Shown here in pieces: positions 62,651-64,000 of a stretch of 64,000 nt of DNA (position 1 is its first letter; every line of letters begins with the position of its first letter). Both the position numbers and the translations under genes were made by a program. Location of the stretch: assembly GCF_902713615.1 (NCBI RefSeq), contig NC_052148.1, positions 243,733,212 through 243,797,211 on the forward strand, read 5' to 3'. This DNA is from Scyliorhinus canicula. Lineage: Eukaryota. Below the pieces are notes generated by a model. That model was not told where the DNA came from, did not search any database, and saw nothing but the letters and a program-made list of their open reading frames with translations.

Positions 62651-64000
62651 GTTCTCAGGGATGCCTTCCCCGTTGTGGCCAGACTCCAGCAGTGCGCTGA
62701 GCGGTGCGCTGTGCGCTCACCTCCTGGAAGCTGTCGTCAGCCAGCACGACAGGTTGACAAACTTAAAAAGCAGGTGTGTTTCACCTCGTGTAACCAGTGC
62801 GCGATTAAGTCAGGACTTTGGCCCATCCGGGCCGGAAAATAGCGGGGGGGCCAAAAACTAGCGATTCTGGTCATGTCGGGGGCGCGTTAGAGGCGTTTGG
62901 CGGGAATGGCGACTTGGAGTCTGTGCGGGGTTCGGAGAATAGCGGGAGGGCGTCGGACCAGCATCGCCGTAAAAATTTGCGACGCCCGCTATTCTCTGAT
63001 TTTTCGTAAGTCGGGAGAATCGCGCCCTAGGGGTTTCGATAATTTTTCCCAGCAAGTTTCCTAATTATTTGAGCAGCACTGTTTCAATACTCTGACAAAT
63101 TGCATGAAAACGCAGGAACAAACAAAAGGATTTAGAGTTTTTGTAACTGTTTGATTTTTATTTTATGAGGTGTACTGATGATTACACTCGCTTTTCAAAC
63201 TCTGGCAGGTTTAATCCAACAAAGAAGCTTGCGTTTTCCTCAAAGGATGTTAAGGTGCATTATTTAACATGCTAGAGGGTCAGGTGGAGGGATGTGAGTT
63301 AATCTGACCTGTGGTTTCCCAAGGAATTATCACCATCGGGCAAATGCAGAGGATAGCTCGACAAATGGAAAATGTTTGTCCTTTCCATACTCCCCCTCCC
63401 GGACCTCCCCCCCCCTATTTTTGCCCAAACTTCTTTCGTTTGTCAAATTTCATGGATGTAAATGAAGAAAAGTAGCTTTTCTGCCGTCCATTCCTTTGTT
63501 TGAACAGCGTGTTACAAAATTTAGCTTCCCCGCAGTAGTGATGCATGTTGTAAGTGGGAGCAGCTGCTCTTAACATGGCTTTGTTAGTGCTGCATTTTCA
63601 ATTCTGTGCCACAGGCTTCCCACGGCAACAACAACAACAAAAAAAGATATTTCACATGAGAGTTGGTTTTTGCCTTCTGTTCGACTGATCAGGGCAGTGG
63701 TCATGCTATCTAATAAAGCACCGCGAAATGTTAGCCAGAGACTCGTGAGATAAAGCCTGTCAACAAACAGCCAAATGCTATTGCAGTGGAAAATGCGGTC
63801 AGCATTTGATCGAATCCCAGAGCACACAGCTGTCAGATTTATCAAAGTTCTGAAAGTGCCTGCTTTAATAAGCAGGAAGTACTCCTATGCATTGCTGCAG
63901 TGAAAATGAGATATCTCTGCACTTAGTAGGGTTTCTTATTTGTTATCCTGAACAATTTATTAAAATTGCCACTACGCATTTTAACTTGAAATGCAGCAGA

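Larger units (their letters stand above)
54704..63027. mobile_element. Complete PIF/Harbinger DNA transposon (autonomous-type, interrupted by a CR1)
   Basis: Perfect 30-bp TIR GGGCGCGATTCTCCCGACTTACGAAAAATC at 54704-54733 and inverted at 62998-63027. 3-bp TSD TAG at 54701-54703 and 63028-63030. Encloses a Myb/SANT gene (+) and a DDE transposase gene (-) in convergent orientation. Confidence 0.96.

Noticed and set aside
61475-62861. Long Pro-rich and Gly-rich ORFs (455, 432, 334, 324 aa)
   Set aside because: Open in nearly all frames because the C-rich tandem repeat lacks stop codons; the region lies in a predicted intron.

Overview
Eukaryotic, repeat-dense DNA, most likely from a shark (cartilaginous fish). 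The basis is about 17 copies of an HE1-like tRNA/V-SINE, CR1 LINEs sharing its 3' tail, and a SacSINE1-like Deu-SINE. I found no convincing host protein-coding exon. The main element is a complete 8.3-kb PIF/Harbinger transposon (54704-63027; 30-bp perfect TIRs, TAG TSD). It carries two convergent, spliced genes: a Myb/SANT protein with an unusual 17-heptad coiled coil, and a HARBI1-like DDE transposase. A young CR1 has inserted into the transposase in frame with its coding sequence. Several decayed relatives and many GC-rich MITEs with matching termini lie nearby. Also present are a deleted Gypsy provirus with both LTRs (6633-10225), several solo LTRs, Penelope remnants, and a perfect 81-bp-arm palindrome containing a minimal hammerhead ribozyme. 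A 1.3-kb solo-LTR-like insert carries a spliced hnRNP A/B-D family fragment just downstream of its promoter-like motifs. Coordinates of old, decayed repeats are approximate, and family names come from motif recognition rather than database searches.
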